A stretch of 64,000 bases of DNA, from the NCBI RefSeq assembly GCF_036321535.1, contig NC_087436.1, forward strand, positions 54,872,001 to 54,936,000. Reading direction: 5' to 3'. The notes beneath the pieces are model-generated. The model was not told where the DNA came from. It saw only the letters and a list, made by a program, of their open reading frames with translations, and ran no database searches. How positions within the stretch are numbered: the stretch's first letter is position 1; each line of letters opens with the position of its first letter. Positions 11,758 to 25,599 of this stretch are shown piece by piece. The stretch is from Camelus dromedarius. Its lineage: Eukaryota. The translations under genes were made by a program, and so were the position numbers.

Positions 11758-13279
11758 CCCAGTTATCAAGACCGTCCTCATTATACCCTACCTTTGATAT
11801 TTATTTTGAGTGGTGTTAAGAATGTACTCATTCTAAAACTATAATATTTCCTGATGTCTGAGTTTCTATCTCTGGCAATCTATCTATCTGGTAGGATAGG
11901 TAGCTTCTATTTACCTGTTGCTGCCCTACACTAAAAAAAATTATATACTACCAAGTAAGACCATGGCGTAATCATTTTCTATCGAAATGGCAAAAACAGG
12001 GGAAGCTTTATAAATTCCCTCAGTACATAAAATGCCTTAGAGTTCTTAAGGCTGGTCATTTTCTCCATTTATGCTTTCTCTTACCCTGGAATATGCAATA
12101 AACTGAATAATGTTAATTTGGCATTCAGACAACTTGGATACCAGACTTTAAACATTGTTTTTGGTTCTTTCTGGGCAATGAAAAATAGAAGTTTTGTTTT
12201 TTATGCAGCAACTATCTCTCTTCTTGTTTTGTCTTTTATTTTTATTGTTTTGTTTCCATATTTTGTTTCATTTTTATTATGTTTGACATGGTTTCCATTT
12301 AGTTCTTTGTTTCAGGATATAATTACAGGAAATATATTCACTAACTATAATACAACTTTTATTTTAATTTTTCAATGACACACATTTTGAAGTTAGTAAA
12401 GCCTCAATTTTGCTTTACTTTCTTCTGGCTGGGAAAACAGCCTGCCAAGGTGTCATGTGCAACAATGGAATATGAAAAGTACTTTGGAAAAAGAAATAAA
12501 GGAGACTTTGTACTCACTTTTCATTTTGAGCATCAACTACTAAATATCTACATACTACTGGAAATTATTCATAGTAAAATTCTGTGCTTTAAGAAGTCAG
12601 CAAATCCACAATCCTGAAAATGTTGGTTAATTTTATGCAAATATGTACTGTGTATAAACAACTGTAACTCAAGAAACTGGACTTTTCTTTGTAGCCAAAG
12701 GTAGTGTTTGCAGGTTTTTAACTACAGGTTTTAAAACTTGCTGCCCCTACTACTCCTTTTCCCATGGTGATCTCTTGTGTGGGTATTTTCCAAAACCATA
12801 TTTATTTTTTATTTTCAATTGACATAGGAAAGCTTTCATGTCTCGCTCATCACTTATGCTTTTTTGAGTTTTATGGAATGAATAAAATATAAAAGTTGTG
12901 TCAAGAATTATCAAGGTCCCTATAATTTCCAAGGATGTGCTCTTTTATTTTATTTGTTATGATGGTACTATTTATGTGTTACCTTGATGTAGCAGCATGT
13001 AATTCTTATCCTGTCTATGATAAAGTATGATTTCTATTAAAATTGCAATTGATTCTGTATAATAACTACATTTTGAAATAGACCTTTTCAGCTTTCTCCT
13101 GGCAATGCCTATTTCTATTTTAGAGTTTGTATGGACTTAGCACTTGAAGCCAATTGAGTTTTATTACATTTTAATTTTCCCAATACTGTGATGGCATAAA
13201 TTAGCTAACCTCTGACCTGTTTCAGTCTTGCCATTAAGATCTGACAAGACAAAAACTGTATTGTGTTTATGATGGTTAC

Positions 13280-13435
13280 AGAATTCTACCTCTGCTCATT
13301 TCTAGCAATCTACCTTGGAGGGGGGAGGTGTCTCATGGTCACTCCAGGCCTCAGCTTTCTCATCTCTAAAATGGTAATGGCTCTTCCTGGTATGGCTCTT
13401 TCACTGAATGGCTGTGAGGGTCAAATGGCATAAGG
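13280..13435 (+). mobile_element. MIR fragment
   Basis: 'ggcctcagctttctcatctctaaaatgg...ggctgtgagggtcaaatg'. Confidence 0.6.
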
Positions 13436-13929
13436 TCAGATTTGACTTCTCAAAAAGGAGAACATGGATGCCCAGGAGGAAAAGTGGTAATCAGCAAGTG
13501 CAGAATTCTTAGAATAAAGATGGTGTATCTTCCAACAGAAAGAATTTCACTGAAAATTTGAGGAGAAAAAAATGAAATGATTTCATAGTAAAACCAATAC
13601 CAGTATTATGGTATGGAATTAAAAACTTACACAAATGTTTAAGACAAAACAGTTAAAGCTAACAGCAATGAATGGCCTCTCCTGGCACCAAAATTCCCTC
13701 TTGTCACTCTCTTCTCTCTGTGTCAACCACCTACCTTCATATCAAGCTTGCATGTTGATTTTTATTCTGTTTTGAATGGACTTGACTTGAAAAGTAGGCA
13801 TATAAATGTTCTTATGTCTGCATAAAATGTCATTCGTATATGACATATTAGTATCACGTTTGGTCTTTCTGAAATTGTGTGCAATATGTTGACAATCCTT
13901 CCCCATTTCCACAGTTTACCATTTAACTC

Positions 13930-15420
13930 AAATTGCTATTTTCACTCAGCAGATCACTACAACTACCTTGTAGCTGACCTACTATATTCATTCTGGTCTC
14001 TCTCAAAGTTAACCTCCAAACTGCAAGTAAAATGGTGTTTCTGAAACTCCAAACCAATCATGGCACTTTCTTCCTTAAAACTCAGTTATGACTTCCCATT
14101 TTTCTTGGGAAAAATATAAGAAGTCTTCAACATGTCTTCTTGAGCCCTCCACAGCTAATCCCCCACAGTCTTTACAGCTTACTCTGTTCCTACGTTCCTA
14201 CTGTCCTCATCTTTCAACCGTTAGTAATGTTCAAGCTCTGTTTTGCCACAGGGACTTTGCACATACTGTCCTCTTGCTGAAACAGTCTTCCTTCCTCTCT
14301 TTATCTAGTGACTCCTCTTGCTTGAGCACTTCCATAGCCACATTTTGGGGGTCATGATATGGACATCTGTGGGGGCCACTATTATGCCTACCACACCTTA
14401 TAGAACAGACCTCTCATAGTCCAGTACCCTGCTCGCTAAACTCAGTCTTTTATGTTCCATTTTCTCATTCCTTTTAAACCTGCTCATTGAACCCTAAGCC
14501 ATATCCAATGTTAGATCTTTCATTTTCTTTCTGGTGCTGTTTCTGGATTATTCTGTCTTTACTGTAATTTGATCATCCTCAATACATCTGCCCCAGATCC
14601 TTCATTCCCTTACTTTACTGTCATACTTTTGTCCAGGTTCAGACACACCCCAAGCTGGATCAGTCACCCACCCCCTATTCTACCATACACTAGTGCTCCT
14701 GCAGAGTAGAGGGCCACACAACAATGATCTCCAATCTAAGTCAGTCTGCAATGAGAAAACTTTAATTTTACTTGTCCCTTTCCAATTTCAATGTCTATTA
14801 AAAGAAAAGAAAACAAGAAGAAAACTTTTACCCTTCACCTTAAATATTTCCAGTCCTCACCATTTCTCAGTGGATGATGTATTGCTCCCTATTTCCATAA
14901 AATAATTGAGTCTATCAGCACAAAATATCTCAGTTTCTTGCTCTCATATCCACAGAATCCTAAGGTGTCTAGTACCTTTCTTTGCTCAAAATATAATTGT
15001 TGAGCTGAACTAAACTGAATTTTAGCATAGAGGGTTGCAAAGAAACTTGTGGGGCTAGTGATCCATTTCCAATCCCCTTAGACAATGCTAGAAGAATATA
15101 GATTTGATTGTATCATACTGCTGCTTAAAATCTTTATTGGTTCCCAGTTATCTACAGAGTAACTTCTAGCTTCTTAGCTTAGCAAGGATAAGTGTTCCAA
15201 ATCATCACATAACTTACCACTTAGCATCTCCATCTCCTACTTTACCTATATTGCACTTCTCATTATTATTTATATATGCAACTGCATACAATTATACATA
15301 GTTCAGCTTTTTCTCTGCCTATAATGTTCTTTCAGTATGCCCTAAACTAGAAAACTTCTCTTTCTCCTTGACAATCTAAATCATATTTTTCCTGGGAAAT
15401 CTTTCTCAACTTTTCTTGGA
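13930..15420 (+). mobile_element. cluster of L2 LINE fragments, with a short MLT1 end at about 14335-14395
   Basis: 'aaaccaatcatggcactttcttccttaaaactc...cagggactttgcacatactgtcctc' and 'atttgattgtatcatactgctgcttaaaatctttattggttccc' are L2 3' motifs. Confidence 0.6.
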
Positions 15421-15519
15421 GAACTTGGTAGATAGTCCTCTAAACTTCTAACTTAATTACTGCTTAGTACTACTACTTTTGTCACTACTACTGATAATGA
15501 TACCAATACTGTTACAAAT

Positions 15520-15740
15520 AACATAATGATCAGCTATCAGTTATTGAGTTAACCAGTGGAGATAATACTTCTTTTGAATCCCTATTCACCCCTGAGTTTA
15601 AGTACCATTATTATCCCTTTTATTGTTGACAATATTGAGACTTAAGGTAGTTAAGGATTCTGCCCAAGGTCACACAGATCCAGGCTTTACACTCAGGTCT
15701 GTTTCATCTAAAGCTTTTACTAAATACTGTATACTACGGC
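15520..15740 (-). mobile_element. MIR SINE
   Basis: 'taccattattatcccttttattgttgacaatattgagacttaaggtagttaaggattctgcccaaggtcacacag'. Confidence 0.75.
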
Positions 15741-18700
15741 CTCCCTTGCAAATTTATCGCATTTAACTGCAAGGCCACATATGCTATATATAGACTACAT
15801 ACCCTATAAAGGATAAGCATTTCTGTGGAGCAATTTATGTAATATTAGTAAATCAAATTCTTTTTATCACTGTCTGACTACTAAACTAACATACTACTGA
15901 AAAAGAATATGACAAGCAATTAATATTACTTAAAATACACGCTTCATTGTGTGAACTGAAATGCTTAAAAAACTGATCAAAGGATGTGTAATCTATAATC
16001 TCACTTTCAAACACCTAGTGAATGGTAAAGTCCTTCCCAAAATATTTATAATATCATATTTTCTTTGTGTAAATTATATAAATGTGATTAGAAATGGCTA
16101 AGAATAGAAATACCTGATTGACTTTATTCTGGTAAAAGGAGCCTGGGACAATTACAGTACTCAAAGCTAGAATTATTTTTTCCCATTTATTATTTTTTAT
16201 TATTTTTTAACATCTCATTTAACATCTGCCATGTAATACACAATTCATAGGGGGCTTCCTGTGTATAGAAAATACTTCTTACCAGTGCACAGAATATCAG
16301 ATTAAAGGATGTTAAATCTTGTCTATGATATCTTAATTTGACTGATGTTAATCCTGCAGTCCGCACTGCTATACACTTAACATTTTAAAAAAAGTCATCA
16401 CCTTGCAAATTATCTTTTCATTTACAACCCACAGAGGGAGCAACAGGAGATGGACTGTCAGCTTTTGAAGGCTCCCCAGAGGATGTAGACTACCTATTAC
16501 ATCCTAGCCCACAGCACTGCAGGACAGCACACAATGGAATGCAGAGTACTTCATCTCCGCCAGCAGGGACCACCACTCAGCAAATCCTGGTGCAATTGAC
16601 TTTTTATAGATAACATTTCCCAAAAGAGCTGGAGTTTGAAATTTCCTAAAGCCAAGCCTACTGTGTATCTGTTTCAATATATGACAGACTTAATTGAGGA
16701 TCTAACCAATAAAGTCTAAACCAACTGGCATTATATTAGAAGCCATATATCAGATGCATAGCTAACTATGCTCATCTCATCCTGAAAATGAATGAATGAA
16801 AAATACATTACCACAGGGTTGGCTAGCTAAATAAACAGTATGAATTTTGAAACTATTACTGCCTTATTCATGCCTATAATTAAATTTTTAAGAGTTTATG
16901 TACCAAAAACCTCCTGGAACAGTTTCCTAATGACCCCTGAAAGCCAAGTCTTTTAAACTGAATGTGCTAATGTACATGACTGGCCCCAAATCTGACCCAT
17001 AGGTCTTCATGGTTTACTTTAAGGATGAAACTGATAAATTACTTGTCCTGATTCCTGAGAGATCCTTCTTTTATATTCTACACTGAATGTAACGTGGTTC
17101 ATTTTCATTAGGTGAAATCAGATTTTCAAGCAGAATGTTCTACTAAGACACATAGAAAATGCATGTAAAACACACATCAGAATATATATTGAGAGAACGC
17201 ATTTAATATGACTATCTTTTCCAATAAATCAAAAGATTAGAAACTCTAAAAAGCTACATTAATTTTTTTTACCTTTAGAAAACTGCACTGTTTTGAAGCC
17301 ATTTATATCTGTAACTAAAAGAAATAAAAAGCTAGGCAGCAGTAATAGTGTTACTTCTTTCATAAATTCAGACAAATTATCTCAGTTAATCCCCAAGAGC
17401 TTTGTATTTACTTTTAAATAATTTCCTGGTTATTTTCCCCAGACTGTGAGGTGTGAATGCATAGATGTTTGTAGCTATGCAATCCACCTTTTGGCAGCTG
17501 CTTGGGTTATTCTGAGGACTTTATAAGAGCATTTAGAAAAGCATGAAAAATCCTGATTGCTAAGCATAAAAATGAGAGTATGTATAATATGGGAAAAGGT
17601 TATGAATTTTTATTACCCACTTCTCTGAGCTCCATTTTTCAAATATATATGGAATCAGCATGGCTCAGTAGAAGGAATACTAGACCAGGAGCAGCAAGGC
17701 TAGATATTCCACTTCCAACTTTTACATGAACCAGCTTTATGCTCTGACACAAACAGTTAATACCTTAGAGTTTGAGCTAATGATCTTTTGTATCCAGTTC
17801 AGATTCAACATTTGATTCTTCCATTTTGCATTTTTTTCATAGCATATTATTTGCCTGCCTGTCTACCTACCTACCTATCTTGTATGCCATTTTCAGAAGA
17901 TACTTATTAAACAGAATTTACTATGTTTTTCCTTAGCAGGACCAATTTCCAAAATCTATTGAAGTGCTGGATAATTTGGAAATGTGTGATTAAAGAAAAA
18001 AACAACTCTTGGCTTTTGGCAAAAATATTTCCAAAATTGTAATACACTGTATGATGAAAAAATATGCCAGACAGAGACAATTATTTAAACACAACAAATT
18101 GATGATTACTGGGGAGAACAACTGTATATAAATATAATGAGCTTATCACAGAACAAAGAGAAAGGATTTACACAGTACATACACAGGGGTCAGAGACTGA
18201 ATAGATTAACTTAAATAATGACACATTAAGAAAAAAATATTTTTAGGGCTTATGGGTTTATCTGCTTGCAAAGTAAATATCTTATTAATTTTTCTCTTTT
18301 ATTTTTCTGAAGACTTATGTGATGTGACCTGTATACACTGATAGGATAAGAAGAGAAGAATATTTTTTTCATTAAACATTCTAATTCCCATCTCTACCTA
18401 CCAAATTTTCTTTAAAAAATACTCTAACAGAAAAAAAAAAAGAATAACTAAGGAAATAGGATGCACATACAACAGAAGTAAGGTGATTATTTGTAGCAAT
18501 TTTTCTTGTTTCCCCACTTAACTATGTTTCTGAGATCACCATTCAATTATCTTTGAATATCTGTATTTTTTTTGATATGTTAGAAAAGTAGGGTAAGAGG
18601 GCTGAGGGAAACAGCCAGTAGGGGAAAATACTAAGTCTCTGAATATGAGCAGAAAGAGAAATGCTAATAGCACTGCTAACTGCTTGCACTCTGCAGTGGG

Positions 18701-19295
18701 AAGCTGTCAAGATAGTCATGTTATGAACCCAAACCTGAAGCAGCTGCTGCTCTTGTGCACAGAACATCTTGTGTGCTCTTTCCCCAGTAGAAACACTCTG
18801 GGAGTTTTTACTTTCATTTCCACTGGATGCATTCATAGTTTTCACCCCCCAGGTTGAAATTATTCTTCGATAAAAATGGCTATGAGAGGTCCTCCTCTTA
18901 CCCATCTTTGGAAAGGACATCTTAAAATAAAGTCATATTTAAAGAAACAAAAGAAAGGGACATTTACTAGAATTACTATCAATTGAAAAAACACTTACTG
19001 ATGATCTACCATGAGGCAGACCCTATGTTAGGCTCTGGAGACATACCACATTCATTAAAACAGTAAATAAAATTTTTGGACATTAAACCACAGAATTAGA
19101 AAGAACTTTGTAAATACAGCATTAAAGCCTTGTGGTTCTTTTTCTTTGGGGGTTCTTCCTTGTTAGTGCTACTAATAAAAACAGCTACATGCCAGAACCT
19201 TCACAAGTTACCTTTTAAAGCACGTGTTAATAACTGCATTTTTAGATAATGAGGTTAAGAATTTGTAGTGGTAAACAATTTGCCTAGGGTCACAC

Positions 19296-19879
19296 TGTGA
19301 CTGACAGATTCCCAGGTGGCTTCCCATGATCAATGCCTCCTGGTGTTCACACCCTTATATAATCTCTTCACCTTAAGAGTGAGCAGAGCCTGGGGTTTTA
19401 TACAAAAGAATATGGCAGACGTGGTGAGATATCATTTCTGTGCTTATGTTACATTCTGTGGATCTTGCTAGTGGATTTCTGCTAGAGACTCACCTTATCT
19501 CCTTGCTATAGTAGGCAGCTATGTTGGAGAAGCCCAGATGTCAAGGAACTCTGGGCAGACTCTAGGAACTGGGGGCAACTTCTAGGAGTGGTCTCTTGAC
19601 TGTTAGCAGAAAATTGAAGTTCTCAGTCCTACAACCACAAGGAAATGATTTCTGTCAACAAATTGAGGGATTTGGGAAGTGGATCGTTCCCCAGTTGAAT
19701 TTCTAGATGAGAACTCCGCTCTGGTAAAACCTTGATTCTAGCCTTGCGAAACCATAAATAGAGAACCCAGGTAAGAAGTTCCCAGCTCCTTACCCACAGA
19801 ATCTGTGAAATAGTAAATGTGCATTTCTTTTAAGTTGGTTAGTTTTAGTTATTTGTTATACAGCAATATATAATAGATA
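19296..19879 (+). mobile_element. MLT1E-type MaLR solo LTR inserted in a minus-strand MIR (about 19170-19945)
   Basis: 'atgatcaatgcctcctggtgttcacaccc...ctcagtcctacaaccacaaggaaatgatttctg...atttgttatacagcaata'; the flanks rejoin as MIR 'ttgcctagggtcacac|...gaggctgaattcaaatccaagtctgcctgac'. Confidence 0.85.
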
Positions 19880-19949
19880 GTATTTGAGATAGAGGCTGAA
19901 TTCAAATCCAAGTCTGCCTGACACTTAAACCAATTCTCTTTCTATAAAC

Positions 19950-20135
19950 ACCAGTGTTCTACAAGTTTGGGTACCAGGATCTCTTCTATTATAACTACTT
20001 GGAGGTCTCATTAAAAATATTATTTTGAGGTTTCAATAGCTGCCCTATTGAAAGGAATATCTGGAATAAAGACTGAAGATTTGCATTTTTACAAACTCCT
20101 GAAGTGATGCTTATACACATTAATGTTGAGAATGT
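19950..20135. mobile_element. decayed MER5-type DNA transposon
   Basis: 'atttgcatttttacaaactcctgaagtgatgcttatacacattaatgttgagaa'. Confidence 0.5.
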
Positions 20136-21960
20136 TTCACTATATCTTGTTGTTTTTATAAGCTGTAGTTGTGTATTTCAGTTACTTATAATGGCTATGG
20201 ATCAGAACGTCCTTCTATCCTCTAAGAAAGGGTTGTGGGAAGGCTGGTCATTCCAGGGTTTTTATTGCAACACAACAAAGTTACCAACTGAAAGATGGGA
20301 TAGAACTGCATCCTTACAACTTAATTTGTATATTTTCAGCTGTATTATCACCCCAAAATAAATACAACATGCACTTATTTTAAAGATCAAAATAAAATGG
20401 GAAAAATATGGGATATGTGAGACCATTCGTGGATTAAGAATTAAGTGTCTGACAGACAAGCACTACATCTATAGTTTTAGTCTCCATTGTATGCATCCAG
20501 CAGCTATCATGGTGCTGGATACACAAAGGATGCTCAATGAATACCTTCCAATGACTGACTAAACTATAGAGCAGGCAAACTTACTAGTCTTTAGCTTGTT
20601 CAAGACTTGATTTTTTAAGACAGAACTTCTTAACCTGAATCATAGACACCCCCTCAATGCTGCCTGCCAGGTCTAGGATGGCTAGAGCACCCAAGTTTGT
20701 TACTACTAGATATAAATAACTTTGCTTACTTACCTCATTGTGCCAATTACTATTTACTGTGTGTACCATGACTTTATATAAATTTGGAGAGTTCTGTATT
20801 AGGGTTTATATTACATAAAGGGTACAAAAACCAACTTTCAGTAAAAATGCCTTTTAATTTATGAGAAATATAGAATCTCACTTCTTTAATTTTGCTTGTC
20901 CGTTTGACTCCTGAATGTGACAGCCAGGTTTTCCACAAACATCACCAGAAACACCTTTGCATAACAGAGTAGATAAAAGTATCCCACTTCCTCTGATCTG
21001 CAGTAAACCAAGTTTGAGTTTAAATATTAAGGAATTCAGGTATAAGACTATAATATCATAATGTGGAAATCTGTAAAAGGGCTCTTATTTATCTTTATAA
21101 AAGACTGAAATTAGCTCAAAAGAATGACGAGTCTTATCCAGGCCAATAACCTACTTTTAAAATCCTCTCCTGATGCTCTTTCTTTAATGTTGATTTCAAG
21201 TGTTAAGAAGCCCAAGCCTCAATGAATTTTGGAAAAAAAAAAAGAAGACCTGGCAAGAATGAGTTAGGCACTGAGGAAACAAAAATAATAAAGTTCCTTA
21301 ATACTAAGATACCACAGATAGCAAGGTATATACATAGGTAAATAGACAACTATAAGCAAAGAGGACTTTGGTACTTCAAACAGACCCTCTTTGACATATT
21401 TTGAGTGAATGTCAAATGTAACTCCTGTGTTTCTGTATTTTTATCACAGACGTTGGGTCTCTTTCTGTCTCTCCCTCTTTTTCTGTTTCTCTAAATACAA
21501 ACACACTACTCTCCACTGGTGGGAAAATAACTACCCCTTTATTTTGGGGCACACAAAAAGACTGTACTTCCTGGTCCCTCCTGAAAGTAGCCAAGAACGA
21601 GTAATTTGTTTTACGCAATAAAGTAAGGGCAGATATAGTGTGTCTTTCCCAAGTAGAAGTATTTAATTGCCAGAACTCAGATCTCCAGCAATCTTTTTTC
21701 CAGTGCCAATGATCACAGCACAAATTGATGAGAAAATGCTCTTAAGTCAAACCAGCCAGGAATGCAGAGTCAACACAAGGAGAAAAGTTGACTTGAAGGT
21801 TTACTCAGATGCAGAAAGTACCGAATACAACCTAGAAATACTTTTGTGTAGTGGAGTCCTGTTATTTTTTTTTCTTTGATTCCATCATCTTCTGTCTCCA
21901 ACCTCCATACACTCTCATTTTATGTTTCCTTAGATACATTTAGAATAAGATAGCTGAGCA

Positions 21961-22285
21961 TTTTTCCTGCTTTATTGAGAAATAACTGACACATAACATT
22001 GTAAATTTAAGGTGTACAATGTGTTGATTTGATATATTTATGAATTGCAAAATGATTACTACCATAGTATTAGCTACTACTTCCATCTCATCACATAGCT
22101 ACCATTTTTTCTTATGGGTAGAACATTTGAGATCTACACTCTAAGCAATTCAAGAATATGAAACGGTATTATCGTTTATAATCACCATGCTGCACATTAG
22201 ATCCCCAAACTTATTAACCTTATAATTGGTAGTTTGTACCCCTTGAGCAATATCTCCCCATTCTCCAAATCCCCAATCTGATAAC
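21961..22285 (-). mobile_element. L1MA9/L1MA10-like LINE-1 3' end
   Basis: 'gctttattgagaaataactgac...aaatttaaggtgtacaatgtgttgatttgatata...atcaccatgctgcacattagatcccca'. Confidence 0.85.
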
Positions 22286-23559
22286 TTGACATTTTAATTT
22301 TAAGTGGCTCTTTAGTTATAAAAATCCAGCATGTACTTTGAAGTTACTACTTGCTGATAAGAGTTACTTAGATCCTAGCAGTACACAAAGGTTCCTGAAT
22401 TTGCATTTTATGATGATATGGGAGGATGATGGTTTATTTTTTCCAATCACATATATAAGTTTGACAGAATTAGACAAATAATGACTCTAAGCTTAAATGT
22501 ACAAAGTTTTAATATAGCACAAAGGAGGGAATCATTAATTCTGTCTGTGGGGTAGGCGAAATTTTATAGAGGTGCCAATTAAATATGGCATTTAAAGCAA
22601 ATGTAGAAAGGGAAATGAAGGAGTAAAAACTATAAATAAATAAAGTATATATTAAAATATTTAAAATACATAAAATATATTTGTACATTTTGTGTGTGTG
22701 AATAGCATTAATACCAAGTACATACCATATTCCATTCACATGTATTTATATATCTATATATTTATCTGTATACACACACCTTGGAGCATGAAGAACACAC
22801 AGCAACAGCAATTAGAAACAATGGGCTACTTGCACACTTAACAATGAGGATAGACTTTTAAAGATAACACTGAATGAAAAAAGGTAATGATGTGTTTTAT
22901 ATCACAAGCAATTAAGAAAAGAAAAATCCACATGCACACAAAACAATATGCAATTTTCAAAAACATATAATCAAAAGGATAGATATCAAATGCATTAGAA
23001 TGGCTATCTGGCAGAGAAAGGAAGTGGTAACTGGGCTTAAAAAGAGTAAAAATAAATAAATTGGACAGGAACGAAGTTTTCTAAAGAAAAGAGGTGATCT
23101 TGTACCATGAATGAGGATTTTGATTTACTCAACCTTCAACTACTTTGGAAGCCCATGCCCTCCAAAGATGTGCAAGACCTGCATTGTTTGGTAAGCATGT
23201 CTAGTTGCATTTAGGAGAAAGGATCCATAATTAGTTATGGAATGGTTCTGGTTGATAGATAGGCCATACTGGGCTTGAAGAATACAGGGAAGATCAAGAA
23301 GAGCTTCCCATATTCAGGAGAACAAGTATAAAAAGGAACTGGGTTTATTGGACAGACTGTTGCAAATAGGATTCACCAAAGGTTGGAATGCAGAAAAATG
23401 AACCAAGAAGTGTACTATGGCTACCAGACGCTTATGCCAATCACTGTATATACTTGTGAAATTCTTGCCATGTTTAAAAGGCAATAATTCTCTATCTCAT
23501 TGTCAACAGTATGAAAACAAGGAAAATACATAATTTGTGCATGTGGGTATATGTGTGGA

Positions 23560-23775
23560 AACCTTTGACATTTAGATTTGCAATCCATATGGAACTGATT
23601 TTTAGGAAAGGTGTAAGACTGGGGGGTAGAGGCACTAAAAAATATTTTTTTTTACAAATATTCAATTGATCCAGCATCATTTATTGAAAAGACCATCCTT
23701 TCTATATTGCACTTCTGATTCACATCTGTCAAAAATCAAGACTTTGTGAATGGATCTGTTTCCATACTCTGTATA
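23560..23775 (-). mobile_element. old L1 ORF2 fragment
   Basis: translates to 'LIFDR...YRKDGLFNK' and 'LTPFLKISSIWIANLNVK', homologous to L1 ORF2 LIFDK...WRKDSLFNKWCW...LTPYTKINSKWIKDLNVK. Confidence 0.85.
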
Positions 23776-23777
23776 TA

Positions 23778-24365
23778 ACTCTAATATACAGCCAGTTACA
23801 TTGTGAATTGGTACCAGCATTTGGAAATCTGTTTGTAAATATGTTTGAACATACACATATACCATGTGATTTAACAATTCAAAATAAATGTGTACATATG
23901 TTCACCAAACAACATGTACCTGAATTGTTCAGAAAAAGATTATTTACAATAACTAAACACTGAAAACTACCATAATGTTCATGAATATTGTAATGGATAA
24001 TTATATCATACAATAAAATATACAGAATAAAAATGAATCAATTACAACTATGCATAGTAATATGGGTGAATTTCGGAAACACAAAGTTAAAGGGAAAAAT
24101 CAAGTAAAAAGCAGGGAGGGGGGGCAGTCGTGGTAATCCTTATACATTAAGTTTCATCACAGAGAAAATTAACCTATAATTCTAGCAGTAAGGTTTTGTT
24201 AACCACTGAGTGCAGCAGTATCAGAAAATAGAGGATCTTCTAGGCTGCTGGTAAGGCTCTGTTTTTTAAACTGGATGCTACTTATATTGGTATATTCAAT
24301 TTGTGTATGTTTATTGGGCTATATGTTTATGTACATTTTAAAACGGATGTTATATTTTGATAAAT
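23778..24365 (+). mobile_element. L1ME-type LINE-1 3' region
   Basis: 'tgtgaattggtaccagcatttggaaa...aaatgtgtacatatgttcaccaaacaacatgtac...tattcaatttgtg'. Confidence 0.75.
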
Positions 24366-24399
24366 TTTGAAAAGGAAGAAAATATTTAAATAATTTACC

Positions 24400-24860
24400 G
24401 TTAAAGAATAAATTATGATAAAACTTAGGAAATATTTAGAACAAAATTCGTGGAATGCTGTTAAAGTTCTGTTTATAGGGAATTCTGTAATAGTTCTAAA
24501 TACTTTTATTAGGGAAAAAAACTAAAAATTACTTAAATTAAGCAGACAATTTAATAAGTGAGAAAAGAGCAACAAAATAAATGTAAAGAAAAAAGGAAAT
24601 ATAGAGAAGATGCCACTAAAACAGAAAATATGCATGCAACAGAATGTATTAAAGAATCCAATAGTTGTGGTTTTTTTAATGAATAAAATTGATAAATTTG
24701 CAAGGGTAACTAAGAGAAAAAGTAGGTGCAAATAAAAATATAACTTTTGGAATGAAAAATATTATATAAACACAGAAGATATTAAAATATAAAGAATGTC
24801 ATGAGAAATGCAATGGTAAACTTGAGAAGTTTGGTTAAATAAACAAAGATAAAAAGAACT
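24400..24860 (+). mobile_element. old L1 ORF2 fragment (region after the endonuclease domain)
   Basis: 'aaaattcgtggaatgctgttaaagttctgtttatagggaattc...ttttaatgaataaaattgataaatttgcaagg', very A-rich. Confidence 0.65.
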
Positions 24861-25599
24861 TCTACAAAATAGGATTCAATTCAAGCAATAATCAATTTTT
24901 TAGAGAGAAAGATATGCTCCAGCTTTAGATTAAAAGGTACAGAGGAAAGTAATGAAAAGTAAGGCTAAAGAAAGTAATTAACTGAAATTGTCTTAGATGT
25001 ATATCTGTACAATTTGGTACCTTCTAACCCATTCTGTACTTCACCCCAGCCTTATGAATTTGGCTTTTAATCTCAGGTAAAAGCAAACCAAGCAATCATA
25101 CAGTAGAAAAACAGCAAAAGGAACAGTAAATAAGAAAAAAAAAAAAAACTAGCTGGAGAAGATTTAGGGTTCTGGCATTCCAGAGCAAAGTCATATCCAT
25201 TCATCACTTTCCAAATCACTCACTTCTTAATCAAATTCTATTAATCGTCAAGCCATGACAACTGACACAGAAATACCTGGCAACATTCCTATTTATGAGA
25301 GAAACATGGCTAAAAATAGACTTACATAAGTAGGAATGAGGGAAATTTACATGTGTAGGAGTGAAGGAAAACCACAACAGCTACTTGAAAAAAATCAACC
25401 TGTAACAATCAAAACCTTGAAACATATAAACCACATTAGATAAACATTGGAACTGAATCTGAAGGAGAGAGACATGTATCAAGAAACCACAAAATAATTT
25501 AAAACAACAGCACCAACACCAACAATAATAATAACAACCAACCCCTCAAATTACACTAACTTTTCTTAAAAAGTGGTACTTTTTCATGTACTAATTCGA

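Noticed and set aside
16508..16575. REST-like CAGCAC...GGACAGC and CTCF-like CCAGCAGGGACCAC
   Set aside because: The REST half-site spacing is one base off canonical, and the CTCF-like site mismatches two core G positions.
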